NCBI GenBank assembly: GCA_963727505.1
Contig: CAVSGP010000002.1
Location: 271,562-335,561 of the forward strand
Direction of reading: 5' to 3'
Length of the DNA: 64,000 nucleotides
From: an uncultured Trueperaceae bacterium
GTDB taxonomy: Bacteria > Deinococcota > Deinococci > Deinococcales > Trueperaceae
In this document: positions 1-11,407 of the stretch, piece after piece
Layout: every line of letters starts with the position of its first letter
How positions within the stretch are numbered: the first letter of the stretch is position 1
Notes under the pieces: generated by a model
Told to the model about the DNA's origin: nothing
The model's input: only the letters and a program-made list of their open reading frames with translations
Databases searched by the model: none
Made by a program: the position numbers and the translations under genes

Positions 1-435
1 ACGACCCGTGATCACCGGCGCCGTACCACGACTCACCGTAGCCACAGCGGTCAGCGCATGCGCCCCATCCGACAACGTCACAGTATCCAACGTCATCGCG
101 AACGGAGAACCATCCGCCACGCGTGTGGCAGCACCCTCACACGCCACATCATCCAGATAGAAAGCCACCGACTGAATCCGCGGATTATCCCGCACGGACA
201 CAGTCACAGCACCAGAGATCGTCGCTCCATCCAACTCCTTCGCATCGATCGTAGTCGTCGACTGCGACACCACCATCAACTGGAGAGACTCCGCCGACAA
301 CGCATCCGGCGCCGTCCCACAAGCCGCCATCAACACCATCACGAGCGCGCCAACCGCCCACAGCCACACGCGCCGCGCTCGGACTGACGTCAGAAGGGTT
401 GCAAAGGGGGTCTTTCGATCCGCATTCGTAAGCAT
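1..435 (-). CDS. Secreted lipoprotein with bacterial Ig-like (Big) domain, truncated at the window edge (absent from the ORF track)
   Basis: Manual translation: MLTNADRK...RRVWLWAVGALVMVLMAACGTAP (lipobox-like MAAC) ...GATISGAVTVSVRDNPRIQSVAFYLDD...SPFAMTLDTVTLSDGAHALTAVATV, a Big_7-like pattern; GGAG upstream of the ATG; frame open to position 1. Confidence 0.75.
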   Translation of the reverse strand, partial: MLTNADRKTPFATLLTSVRARRVWLWAVGALVMVLMAACGTAPDALSAESLQLMVVSQSTTTIDAKELDGATISGAVTVSVRDNPRIQSVAFYLDDVACEGAATRVADGSPFAMTLDTVTLSDGAHALTAVATVSRGTAPVITGR

Positions 436-475
436 CCGAACCATCTCCCGTGGTCGGAATGCAACCTGGTCCTAC

Positions 476-549
476 CCCGGTCGGTTGCATCACTGGCTCC
501 CCGCGTCCCTTGATGCCCAGGTCGGGAACAGCGGATCATCGCCTCCGGG
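476..549 (-). ncRNA. c-di-GMP-II riboswitch aptamer (proximal)
   Basis: Minus strand reads CCCGGAGGCGATGATCCGC...CTGGGCATC...GCGGGGAGCCAGTGATGCAACCGACCGGG: P1 CCCGG/CCGGG, kink-turn-type TGA/GAG, pseudoknot GCATC/GATGC, conserved AGTNNTGCAACCG. Confidence 0.88.
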
Positions 550-634
550 ACCCCCCAAAAGGGGGAGCCATTGGTTTTCCTTGGGAGCTTGCACCGGCAC
601 GCCAGCGGAACGACGAGACCAAGCACAGCAAAGC

Positions 635-711
635 CCTCGACCGGTTGCGCCACTAGCTCGGCTCGTTCCAAGCGCCCAAGGATTACAGAACGAGCGTCAA
701 CGCCTTCGAGG
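635..711 (-). ncRNA. c-di-GMP-II riboswitch aptamer (distal)
   Basis: Minus strand reads CCTCGAAGGCGTTGACGCTCGTTC...TTGGGCGCTT...GAACGAGCCGAGCTAGTGGCGCAACCGGTCGAGG: P1 CCTCGA/TCGAGG, stem GCTCGTTC/GAACGAGC, pseudoknot GCGC/GCGC covarying with the proximal copy. Confidence 0.88.
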
Positions 712-1187
712 TACTACACGCGCCCATCAAGAAACGCGCTAACCCAAGAGTACCACCACCACACCAATACGGAGAGAGAACGCCCACACACACAGGCGAT
801 TCGAGCGACTTGCCTTCCAGGACAGACTTCCTGCCACGCCGACCGTGAACGGCGCCAACAACGCCGCGGGACATTTCGCCCTTGACGGGAGCCCCCCGAA
901 GTTCGGTTGCCCCCTCCACCGGCAGCGTCGCTCCGCGTTCCAACTCCACGCTGACGATGTAAATCTCACCGTCCTCGACGTTCTCCGTGGCGTGCGTCGC
1001 CAACGAGCTGGGCCGCGGCTCCGTGCAGTCCCGGTCGACGATGTCGACCTGCGCTGCGCGTCGCCTGCTCCCCATCGCCTGCTCCCCCAAGAACGACGGT
1101 AGACGGGGCGGCGAGACGGCGGAGTGACACCGCCTGGGGGTCCCAGACCGCAACGAGCGTCCCCTATACTCTCCTGCAAGGAGGCGC

Positions 1188-1935
1188 ATGCGCGACGTGG
1201 AACGCGGCCTGTCGCAGGAGCAGCGGCTGATGCGCCAATCCTGCCGAAGCTTCGTGAACGAGACGGTGACGCCCTTATCGCCGAGGAGGTCGCACGCGGG
1301 GACTCCGGCCTGGCCGACAAGCTCTCTCAGGTCTAGAAGGTCAGCGTACTGCTGCGCAACATCGCCCCGCGCCACCTGCAGGAGCGGTGGTTCCCGGAGC
1401 TCGTCGGCGATCGAGCTTCCTCCTTGCCCACTGCCTGACCGAGAACGACGCGCTCTCCAAGGCGGGCGTGTACTTCAAGCCCGACAAGATCCTTCAAGCC
1501 GCCAAGAACCTCGGCGTCGGCATGGCCGCCTTCGAGCGGACCGCCGAGTACGTCCAGACCTACGTGCAGGGCGGCAAGATCCTCATCAAGCACCAGGCCG
1601 TGGCGCTGCGGCTGGCGGCCATGGCGACCAAGCTGAGCGCGGTGCGCGCGCTGCTCCGGGAGGCCGCGCGCGAGGTCGATGCACGCGGCCCGGACGCGGA
1701 CCCGCTGTGCAACATGACGAAGGTCTACGCCTCGGAGGAGATCTTCGAGGTCGCCAAGCACGCCGTGGAGCTGCACGGCGGCTCCGGCATGATGCTGGAG
1801 CAGGGCATCGAGAAGCTCTTCCGCGACGCCGCCATCTTCCTCCACATGGACGCCACCGTCGACATCTCGAAGTTCAAGATCGTGAAATCGATGTTCCCGG
1901 ACACGGCAGGGACCTACGCCGGGGTGGAGGGGTAG
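1188..1935 (+). pseudogene. Acyl-CoA dehydrogenase pseudogene
   Basis: TATACT and AAGGAGG upstream; N-terminus MRDVERGLSQEQRLMRQSCRSFVNETVTP, then a frame change to IAEEVARGDSG, in-frame TAG at 1334-1336, another shift, missing middle domain, and an intact C-terminal domain (QGGKILIKHQAV, AVELHGGSG, EKLFRDA). Confidence 0.8.
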
Positions 1936-2133
1936 GCAGAAGCGGGCGACTCGGCCCCTAGCTGCTGCTCTTCCCCGGCGAGGGGATCACGGCCTACCGC
2001 GGCCATGCCAACGTGTGGGGCGTACCCGGTTGGCTGGAAGCGGAAGGCCCCGCATCCGCAGCTCTCCCCATTCAGTCCAAGCGCTTACCCTTCCCTCCAA
2101 CGCTTGCCGGAAAGCGAGTGACCTCAGCCGAGC

Positions 2134-4683
<2,550 letters not shown>

Positions 4684-5745
4684 TTACTGGGAGATGGCGT
4701 CGTAAACGCGCGTGTCCACGGCGTCGGAGAAGCTCACCGGGTTCTTGAGCAGGCCGACCTTCACCAGCAGACCTACCGAGCTGTCGAAGGCCGCCTTGTC
4801 GAGGTGCCCGATCTTGGTGTCGGCAGCGGGCTTGACGAGCTTCGCCACCTCGGCCATCTGCCAGGTCTGGTGGATCACCGGGCTCTGGCGCGTGCCTGAG
4901 CCAGCACAGGTATCACCGCAGTGCTTGAGAACGAGGTCGACCGCTTCCTTCTGGTGATCGATGGCATACTGCCAACCCTTGATGCTCGCCCTGAGGAAGC
5001 GTTCGGCGACCTGCATGCCGGTGAGCCCCGAGCCCTTGAAGTTGGTGCTGCTGAGCACCTTCGGCGTGGTGAAGATGTTGTCCTCGAGGAGGTTCGCGCC
5101 GACGTCTGCGGGGTTGAGGATGACCAACGAGTCGAGCGGGTACCCGAGCCCCACGATCTGGTCGAGCTCGTTGTAGGTCATGGCGCTCGCGACGTCGACC
5201 TTGTTGGGGAACACCAACGAGGGGTCGAAGGCGTACACCACGGTCTTGACGTCGGGGTTCTTGACCGTGGGATCGAGGTTGGAGGTGAAGCCGGCGGCGG
5301 CGAAGACCGCCTGCGCCGCGAACTCGTTGCCGAAGCCCCACACGCCAACGGTCTTGCCGGCGAGGTCCTGGATGCTGCGGATGCCGGAACTCTTGAGAGC
5401 GACCATCCGGTAGCCCGAGTCCTGGAAGATCTGCGCGATCGTGACGACGTCGAGACCCTTCTCGCGCTGCGCCAGCATGTTGGCGACCCAGTCGGTACCG
5501 AAGTCGGCGTTGCCAGAGCCGACCTGCACGGTGGGGTTGACGTTGCCGCCGTCGAGGATGTTGACGTCGAGCCCTTCGTCGGCGTAGAAACCCTTGTCCT
5601 GCGCCACGAAGTAGCCGGCGAACTGCGCCTGCGGGAACCACTTCGATTGGAAGTTGATCTTGATCAAGTTCTGCGCCATGCCGAAGGGCAGGCCCAGAAG
5701 CGCGAGCGCGAGCAGGGTGAAAGCTGCGCGGGAGAATCGTCTCAT
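4684..5745 (-). CDS. ABC transporter substrate-binding protein, NMT1/THI5-like (probably pyrimidine)
   Basis: Signal peptide; KWFPQAQFAGYFVAQDKGFY motif; position in the pyrimidine operon. Confidence 0.9.
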   Translation of the reverse strand: MRRFSRAAFTLLALALLGLPFGMAQNLIKINFQSKWFPQAQFAGYFVAQDKGFYADEGLDVNILDGGNVNPTVQVGSGNADFGTDWVANMLAQREKGLDVVTIAQIFQDSGYRMVALKSSGIRSIQDLAGKTVGVWGFGNEFAAQAVFAAAGFTSNLDPTVKNPDVKTVVYAFDPSLVFPNKVDVASAMTYNELDQIVGLGYPLDSLVILNPADVGANLLEDNIFTTPKVLSSTNFKGSGLTGMQVAERFLRASIKGWQYAIDHQKEAVDLVLKHCGDTCAGSGTRQSPVIHQTWQMAEVAKLVKPAADTKIGHLDKAAFDSSVGLLVKVGLLKNPVSFSDAVDTRVYDAISQ

Positions 5746-5913
5746 GTCTCCTCCTCCACGTTGGTCCTTCGGGTCGGAAGCCGTGCACGCGTCCGGGATC
5801 GGCCGACGGCGTCCGTGAGAAGTGGATTTGCCCGCGGCGTGAGGTGCCTGGCTCGAAGGACGGGAAGGGGCACGGCGGCACCGCAGGCGGGCGGCTGTCG
5901 TCAGGGACCCATA

Positions 5914-7071
5914 TCAGGACCCCCTAGAGGACGGGTGCCATGCCGTCGTGAGGCGTTCGAAGAGCAGGATGGTCCCGTACAGAAGCATCGAAATGACGCT
6001 CGAGACCAGGATGGCCGCGAACACCACGTCAAAAGCGCCGCGGTGGGCGGACAGGCTGATGCGCTGGCCGAGCCCGTTGGGCGGGCCGGGGATCAGGAAC
6101 TCGGCAACGATCACGCTCACGATGGCGATCACCACCGAGATCTTCAGCGCATTGAAGACGAAGGGCAGCGAGTTCGGGAACCGCAGCGCCGTGAACACCT
6201 GCCGCGGCGTGGCCGCGTAGGCGCGGAGCAGATCGAGCCGCAAGGGGTCGACGCGCGTGAGGCCCTGCACAGTGTTGAGCACCACAGGGAAGAAGGTGAC
6301 GATGACGACCACCGCCGCCTTCGACTGCCAGTCGACCCCGAACGCACGGCCCAGCACCGGCGCCAGGCCCACGATCGGCACCGCCCCGAACGCGGTAGCC
6401 AGCGGCAGGAACCCTCGCTGCAGGAAGCGACTCATCGCCACGGACACGCCGGCCGTGTAGCCGGCGACGAGGCCGATGACGAAGCCCAGCAGCACCTCCT
6501 TCACGAAGGTGACGTAGCTGTCCTGCAACAACACCGGCCAGGAGGTGACCAGAGCGGTGAAGATGTCCGTCACGCGCGGGAAGATGCCCATGGGTACGCG
6601 GTACCCCACCACCAGCCCCTCCCACAACAGCAGGACCACCAGCGGCACCATGGCCACGGGCAGGATGCGCTGCAGGCGCTTGTCGAACGGCGCCGTCTCA
6701 GGCCCCAGCGACGTCAGGCTCACGCGCCCGAGGGCCACCAGCGACGCCGCCACGAACCCCCCGAAGGCGGCCCAGTAGCCCCAGGCGCCGGGGCCTGCAA
6801 GCACTCGCTGGCCGAGCAGGCTGAGGAAGGCTCCCAGCAGCGCGACCGGAGCCAGCGCGGCAGCGCTCCGTAGGCGGCCGTCGATGGCCAGCACGACGGT
6901 GACGAGCCAGACGATGAGCGGCCACGCCCCCAGCCGCGCGAGCGCATCCGGGCCGCCCGCCGTGAGCGGGCCGAAGGTGCCCACCAGCGCCACCGCCAGG
7001 CACGCCAGCGCCGGCCACGTGGGGCGCCGGGCGCGGGCGCCTGCGACGACGCGGCGCGCGCGGCCGGTCAT
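5914..7071 (-). CDS. ABC transporter permease (NitT/TauT type)
   Basis: Start set at the ATGA overlap with the upstream permease stop (MTGRARR); TM helices; FFPVVLNTVQGL...LRFPNSLPFVF. Confidence 0.88.
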   Translation of the reverse strand: MTGRARRVVAGARARRPTWPALACLAVALVGTFGPLTAGGPDALARLGAWPLIVWLVTVVLAIDGRLRSAAALAPVALLGAFLSLLGQRVLAGPGAWGYWAAFGGFVAASLVALGRVSLTSLGPETAPFDKRLQRILPVAMVPLVVLLLWEGLVVGYRVPMGIFPRVTDIFTALVTSWPVLLQDSYVTFVKEVLLGFVIGLVAGYTAGVSVAMSRFLQRGFLPLATAFGAVPIVGLAPVLGRAFGVDWQSKAAVVVIVTFFPVVLNTVQGLTRVDPLRLDLLRAYAATPRQVFTALRFPNSLPFVFNALKISVVIAIVSVIVAEFLIPGPPNGLGQRISLSAHRGAFDVVFAAILVSSVISMLLYGTILLFERLTTAWHPSSRGS

Positions 7072-8924
7072 GGCCGGTCCCAAGGCGCCGTGACGCGCTG
7101 CACCAGCCCGACCAGCGCCACCAGCCCGATGCCCAGCGCCGCGGAGATCAGCAGCAGGATCCACAGGTCGGAGACGTTGCCAGCCTGCACCTGGCCGATG
7201 ATGTCGTAACCGAGCCCGCGGCGGTTGTTGGATTCCGTCTCCGCCACCAGCGCCCCGACCAGGGCCGCTGCGGTGCCCAGCTTGAGGCTGGTGAAAAGGA
7301 ACGGCACCGCCGCCGGGAAGCGCACCTTGAAGAACACCTGGAACGGGCTGGCGGCGTAGCTCTTCATGAGGTCGAGCGCCAGAGGGTCGACCGAGCGCAG
7401 GCCGGTGACGGTACCCACCGTGACCGGGAAGAACGCGATGTACGCGCCGATCAGAGCCGTGGGGATGAGGCTCGTCTGGACGGTGATGCCGACGTTGCCG
7501 AGGACCAGCAGCAGCACCGGCACCAGCGCGATGATCGGCACCGTCTGGGAGGCGATCACCCAGGGCAGGAGCGCCTGCTCGAGCGGCCGCAGGAACACGA
7601 ACAACACCGCCAGCAGCACCCCGAAGGCTCCGCCGAGCAGCAGTGCCGACACCGTGCCGGCGGTGGTGTAGAGCACGCCGCGCACGATGTTGCGCTGGTC
7701 CGTGATGGGGTAGTGGGTGAAGTACGGCACCACACTCGCTGCGATCCAGTTGGGGAAGGGCACCGGGTGTTGCGGCATGCTGTAGAAACACTGCATCACC
7801 GTGCTGCCGCACGCGGGCCGCGCGTAGTAGGTGTAGTCGGCGGCCCACACCACGCTCCCCGGTTGCGGCGCCGCTGCCAGCGTGATGGTGCCCTCGCGCA
7901 CGTCGCTGACAAGATAGTCGCGGTATTGACGCACCTCGGCGTTGCGCCGGGGCGGCGTGACGAAGGTGACGACCGGCCCGTCGCGCGTGTACTGGCTTCC
8001 GGGGGTCATGAGCTGGCCGTCCACGGTCACCAGGCCGCGGGAAGAGGCGAAGGTGAAGCGCGCGCGCTGACCGTCGACGCGTTCTCCCGTCCGCTCCGGC
8101 GTCGAAGACAGCGCCGTGCCGTCCACGTACACCTGGCGCGACGGATCCGTGTCGACAACGGGGGCGTGCGCGAAGGTGAAGGTGCGGTTGCTGCCGTCGA
8201 CCGCGCCGCTGAGCCGCTCGGCGAGACGCACCGCGTCGTGGCCCACGCGCGGCCGGACGCTGGCAGGCCGGGCGAGCGCGACGAGACCCTTGGCCGGGTC
8301 GAGCACCGCGTAGTCGCCGGTGATGCGACGCACCTCGGCGTTGAAGGGGGGCGCCTGCGCGAACGTGACCTTGTCACCCTTGGCCTGGTAGTCCCGCCCC
8401 GGCACCAGCACCCGGTCGCCCACCACGATCGGGCCCGAGGCGTCATCGAAGCTGAAGGCGGTCGCGCGGCCGTCGGCGCGCTCGACGGAGTCGGCGGTAC
8501 CGGCATGCAGCAGCTTTCCGCCGAGGTAGAGGGGCGCCGCGGCGTCGACGCCGGCGGGCAGGCGGTACTCCAGGCGGGCGCTGTCGAGAGGGCCCTCGAG
8601 CCCCGAGCCCAGCTGCACCACGGGACGCGCCGACGCGCCCTCGAGACGCACGGTCGCCCCGTCTTGCTGGTAGCGGGCGGCCAGCGGAGCGCCGTCACGC
8701 ACCAGCACGCCGTTCGCCGGGGCGGCATCGAACCTCAGGCTGGTTCCGCCGTTCGGCACCTCGGCGACGGGCTGAGCGACGCTGGTGGCGGTGACCCAGT
8801 TGCTGAGATCATGCATGCGCTGGCGGGCCAACGGCAGGCCGAAGAGCAGCGCGATCGGGTAGCCCAGGGCGATGGTCGCCAGCATCACGGCGATCACGGG
8901 CCAGGCGCGCCGCAGCCAGCTCAT
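7068..8924 (-). CDS. ABC transporter permease with a large extracytoplasmic repeat insertion
   Basis: C-terminal permease domain (SQTVPIIALVP, FFPVTVGTVTGL, VRFPAAVPFLF); about 350 aa of beta-rich repeats after the first TM. Confidence 0.88.
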   Translation of the reverse strand: MSWLRRAWPVIAVMLATIALGYPIALLFGLPLARQRMHDLSNWVTATSVAQPVAEVPNGGTSLRFDAAPANGVLVRDGAPLAARYQQDGATVRLEGASARPVVQLGSGLEGPLDSARLEYRLPAGVDAAAPLYLGGKLLHAGTADSVERADGRATAFSFDDASGPIVVGDRVLVPGRDYQAKGDKVTFAQAPPFNAEVRRITGDYAVLDPAKGLVALARPASVRPRVGHDAVRLAERLSGAVDGSNRTFTFAHAPVVDTDPSRQVYVDGTALSSTPERTGERVDGQRARFTFASSRGLVTVDGQLMTPGSQYTRDGPVVTFVTPPRRNAEVRQYRDYLVSDVREGTITLAAAPQPGSVVWAADYTYYARPACGSTVMQCFYSMPQHPVPFPNWIAASVVPYFTHYPITDQRNIVRGVLYTTAGTVSALLLGGAFGVLLAVLFVFLRPLEQALLPWVIASQTVPIIALVPVLLLVLGNVGITVQTSLIPTALIGAYIAFFPVTVGTVTGLRSVDPLALDLMKSYAASPFQVFFKVRFPAAVPFLFTSLKLGTAAALVGALVAETESNNRRGLGYDIIGQVQAGNVSDLWILLLISAALGIGLVALVGLVQRVTAPWDRP

Positions 8925-9976
8925 GGCGCCACGGCGCCCCCATCGCTCCCCGGACCGCCTTCGGGGCCCTTGACCGCCACGGTTGCCGCGGCCTGACCCA
9001 GGCGTAGCGCCTCGCGCACCTCCGTGGTGAGCTGGAAGAAGCGCTCGGACTCACGCGACTCGGGCGAGCGCGGGTAGGGCAGGTCGACGTCGATGATCTT
9101 CTGGATGCGTCCGGGCCGGGCCGTCATCACCACGATGCGCGAGGACAGGAACACCGCCTCGGCGATCGAGTGCGTCACGAAGAGCACCGTCTTGCCGGTC
9201 TGCCCCCAGATGCGCAGCAGCTCGTGGTTCATGGTCTCGCGCGTGATCTCGTCCAGGGCGCCGAAGGGCTCATCCATGAGCAGCAACCTGGGATCGAACG
9301 CCAGCGCTCGGGCGATGGAGACACGCTGCTGCATGCCCCCGGAGAGCTGCCATGGGTACTGGCGATGGAAGTTCTCCAGTCCCACCATGGCGAGTAGCTC
9401 CGCCGCCCGCTCACCACGCTCGGCGCGCGGGAAGCCCATGATCTCGAGCGGCAGGGTGACGTTGGCGACCACCGTGCGCCAGTCGTAGAGCACGGGCGCC
9501 TGGAATACGAAGCCGTACTCGCGCGCCTCGCGCGCTTCAGGTGCGCTCTTGCCCGCCACCTCGAGCGTGCCGGAGGTGGGCTGGATGAGGTCCGCCACCA
9601 GTCTGAGCAGGGTGGTCTTGCCGCATCCAGACGGGCCGATGAGGCTCACGAACTCACCCTGATACACCTCCAGATCAGCATCCTTGAGCGCCACCGCCTC
9701 CACGCTGCGGACGCGGTAGGTCTTGCACACCTTGTCTGCTCGGATGACCACCGGCCGTGCGTTGGTCGCCGCCGTGTCGGGTGAAGCCGGTACCGATGCG
9801 GGAGCGTCTCCCGCCGCCGCACCGTCCCTCGCGCCGGCCGGCACCTCCGGCCCGGGGGCGGTGGACGGGCTCCGGACCTCGGCCCTGGCCGCTGCCCGGC
9901 GGACGGGCGTGGGTTCGGATCGGCTCGACAAGATCGCTTCCTCCTCCGGGATGAGCACGTCGGGCGGCGAGATCAA
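8921..9976 (-). CDS. ABC transporter ATP-binding protein (NitT/TauT type)
   Basis: GPSGCGKT, LSGGMQQR, LLLMDEPFGALD, VTH; start uncertain. Confidence 0.93.
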   Translation of the reverse strand: MISPPDVLIPEEEAILSSRSEPTPVRRAAARAEVRSPSTAPGPEVPAGARDGAAAGDAPASVPASPDTAATNARPVVIRADKVCKTYRVRSVEAVALKDADLEVYQGEFVSLIGPSGCGKTTLLRLVADLIQPTSGTLEVAGKSAPEAREAREYGFVFQAPVLYDWRTVVANVTLPLEIMGFPRAERGERAAELLAMVGLENFHRQYPWQLSGGMQQRVSIARALAFDPRLLLMDEPFGALDEITRETMNHELLRIWGQTGKTVLFVTHSIAEAVFLSSRIVVMTARPGRIQKIIDVDLPYPRSPESRESERFFQLTTEVREALRLGQAAATVAVKGPEGGPGSDGGAVAP

Positions 9977-11355
9977 CGGTGAACTGGGGGCCGCCGGAGC
10001 ATGCGGCCGCGCTTGGGATCGCCGACGAAGGCGCCATCGCGGACGGCGACCTTCCCGCGCACCGTGACGACGCTCGGGCGGCCGTCGATCTCCATGCCTT
10101 CGAATCCGTTGTAGTCGACGATCATGGTCTGCCTGGCGGCGCTCAGCTTGCCGCGGTAGGTGGGGTCGTACACCACCAGGTCGCCGTCGCTACCCACCGC
10201 CACGGTGCCCTTGCGGGGGAACAGGCCGAAGGTCTTGGCGGCGCGCGTGGAAGCGGCGTCGACGAAGCGGTGGATGTCGAGGGCGCCGCGACTGACCCCG
10301 TACGTGTACAGCAGGTTGACGCGATCCTCGATCGCGGGGATGCCGTTGGGGATCTTCGTGAAGTCGTCCTTGCCCATGTCCTTCTGGCCGTGGAAGTCGA
10401 AAGGCGCATGGTCGGTCCCGACGGTGTCGATGAGTCCGTGCTCGAGCGCGCGCCACAGCGCGGCCTGGTCGGCCTTGGTGCGCAGCGGCGGTGACATGAC
10501 GTACTTGGCGCCCTCGAAGTCGGGCCTCTGCGCGTAGCTCTCGTCGAGGATGAGGTGCGGGATGACCGATTCGATGGTCAGCGACACCCCGCGAAGCTTG
10601 GCGGCCAGGGCGGCTTCGAGCGAGGCGGCGTTGGAGAGATGGACGACGTAGCCGTGCGCCCCGGTCATCTCCACGAAGCTGGCGAAGTGGTGGGTGCCCT
10701 CGGCTTCGACCCCCACCGGCCGGCTGGGCTCGTGGAAGCCGGGCCCGGTCTTGCCCTGCGCCAGCAGCATCTGCTGGCGGCGCGCCACCAGCTCAGCGTT
10801 CTCGCAGTGTGCGGCCACCACCACGCCCAGCTCGCGCGCCAGCTCGAGGGTCTGATAGAGCTCGTCGTCGCTGACGTCGAGCGCCCCCTTGTACGCGAGG
10901 AACACCTTGAACGACGTCGTGCCGTCGGCGACGATCTGGCGGAGTTGCGCGGCGGTGTCTTCCTTGAAGTGCGTGACGCCGAGGTGGAAGGCGTAGTCGC
11001 AGGCGCTGTTGCCGTCCGCCTTCGAGGTCCACTCCTCGTACGCTTCCAGAGCGGGCTGCGTCGGCCCGCCCGCGACCATCTCGATGAAGGTGGTGGTGCC
11101 GCCGACCAGCGCCGCCTGGCTCCCGGCGGTGTGGGAGTCCTTGGTCACCGTGCCCATGAACGGCAGGTAGATGTGCACGTGAGGATCGATGAAGCCCGGG
11201 AAGACGTACTTGCCGGAGGCGTCGATGACCTCGGCGTCCGGGGGTGCTTCCAGGTCCCTCCCGATACGGGTGATGGTCTCGTCCTCGCAGTAGATGTCGG
11301 CGGTGGTGCGCCCGTCGGCCGTGATGATGTCGCCGTTCTTGATCAGCAAGCTCAC
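9973..11355 (-). CDS. hydA: Dihydropyrimidinase
   Basis: PGFIDPHVH, SFKVFLAYKG, HCEN, GTDHAPF, IPNG. Confidence 0.95.
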   Translation of the reverse strand: MSLLIKNGDIITADGRTTADIYCEDETITRIGRDLEAPPDAEVIDASGKYVFPGFIDPHVHIYLPFMGTVTKDSHTAGSQAALVGGTTTFIEMVAGGPTQPALEAYEEWTSKADGNSACDYAFHLGVTHFKEDTAAQLRQIVADGTTSFKVFLAYKGALDVSDDELYQTLELARELGVVVAAHCENAELVARRQQMLLAQGKTGPGFHEPSRPVGVEAEGTHHFASFVEMTGAHGYVVHLSNAASLEAALAAKLRGVSLTIESVIPHLILDESYAQRPDFEGAKYVMSPPLRTKADQAALWRALEHGLIDTVGTDHAPFDFHGQKDMGKDDFTKIPNGIPAIEDRVNLLYTYGVSRGALDIHRFVDAASTRAAKTFGLFPRKGTVAVGSDGDLVVYDPTYRGKLSAARQTMIVDYNGFEGMEIDGRPSVVTVRGKVAVRDGAFVGDPKRGRMLRRPPVHR

Positions 11356-11407
11356 GTCATGATCCTCCCGCTCGTCGCATGCCGGGCCGGCCGTGCCGGG
11401 TCCGGCG

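Noticed and set aside
683..1375. 230-aa minus-strand ORF
   Set aside because: No recognisable motif; it overlaps the riboswitch and lies antisense to the acyl-CoA dehydrogenase remnant
5914..7848. 644-aa version of the second permease
   Set aside because: The N-terminal extension overlaps the upstream permease in another frame; the ATGA-coupled start at 7071 is preferred
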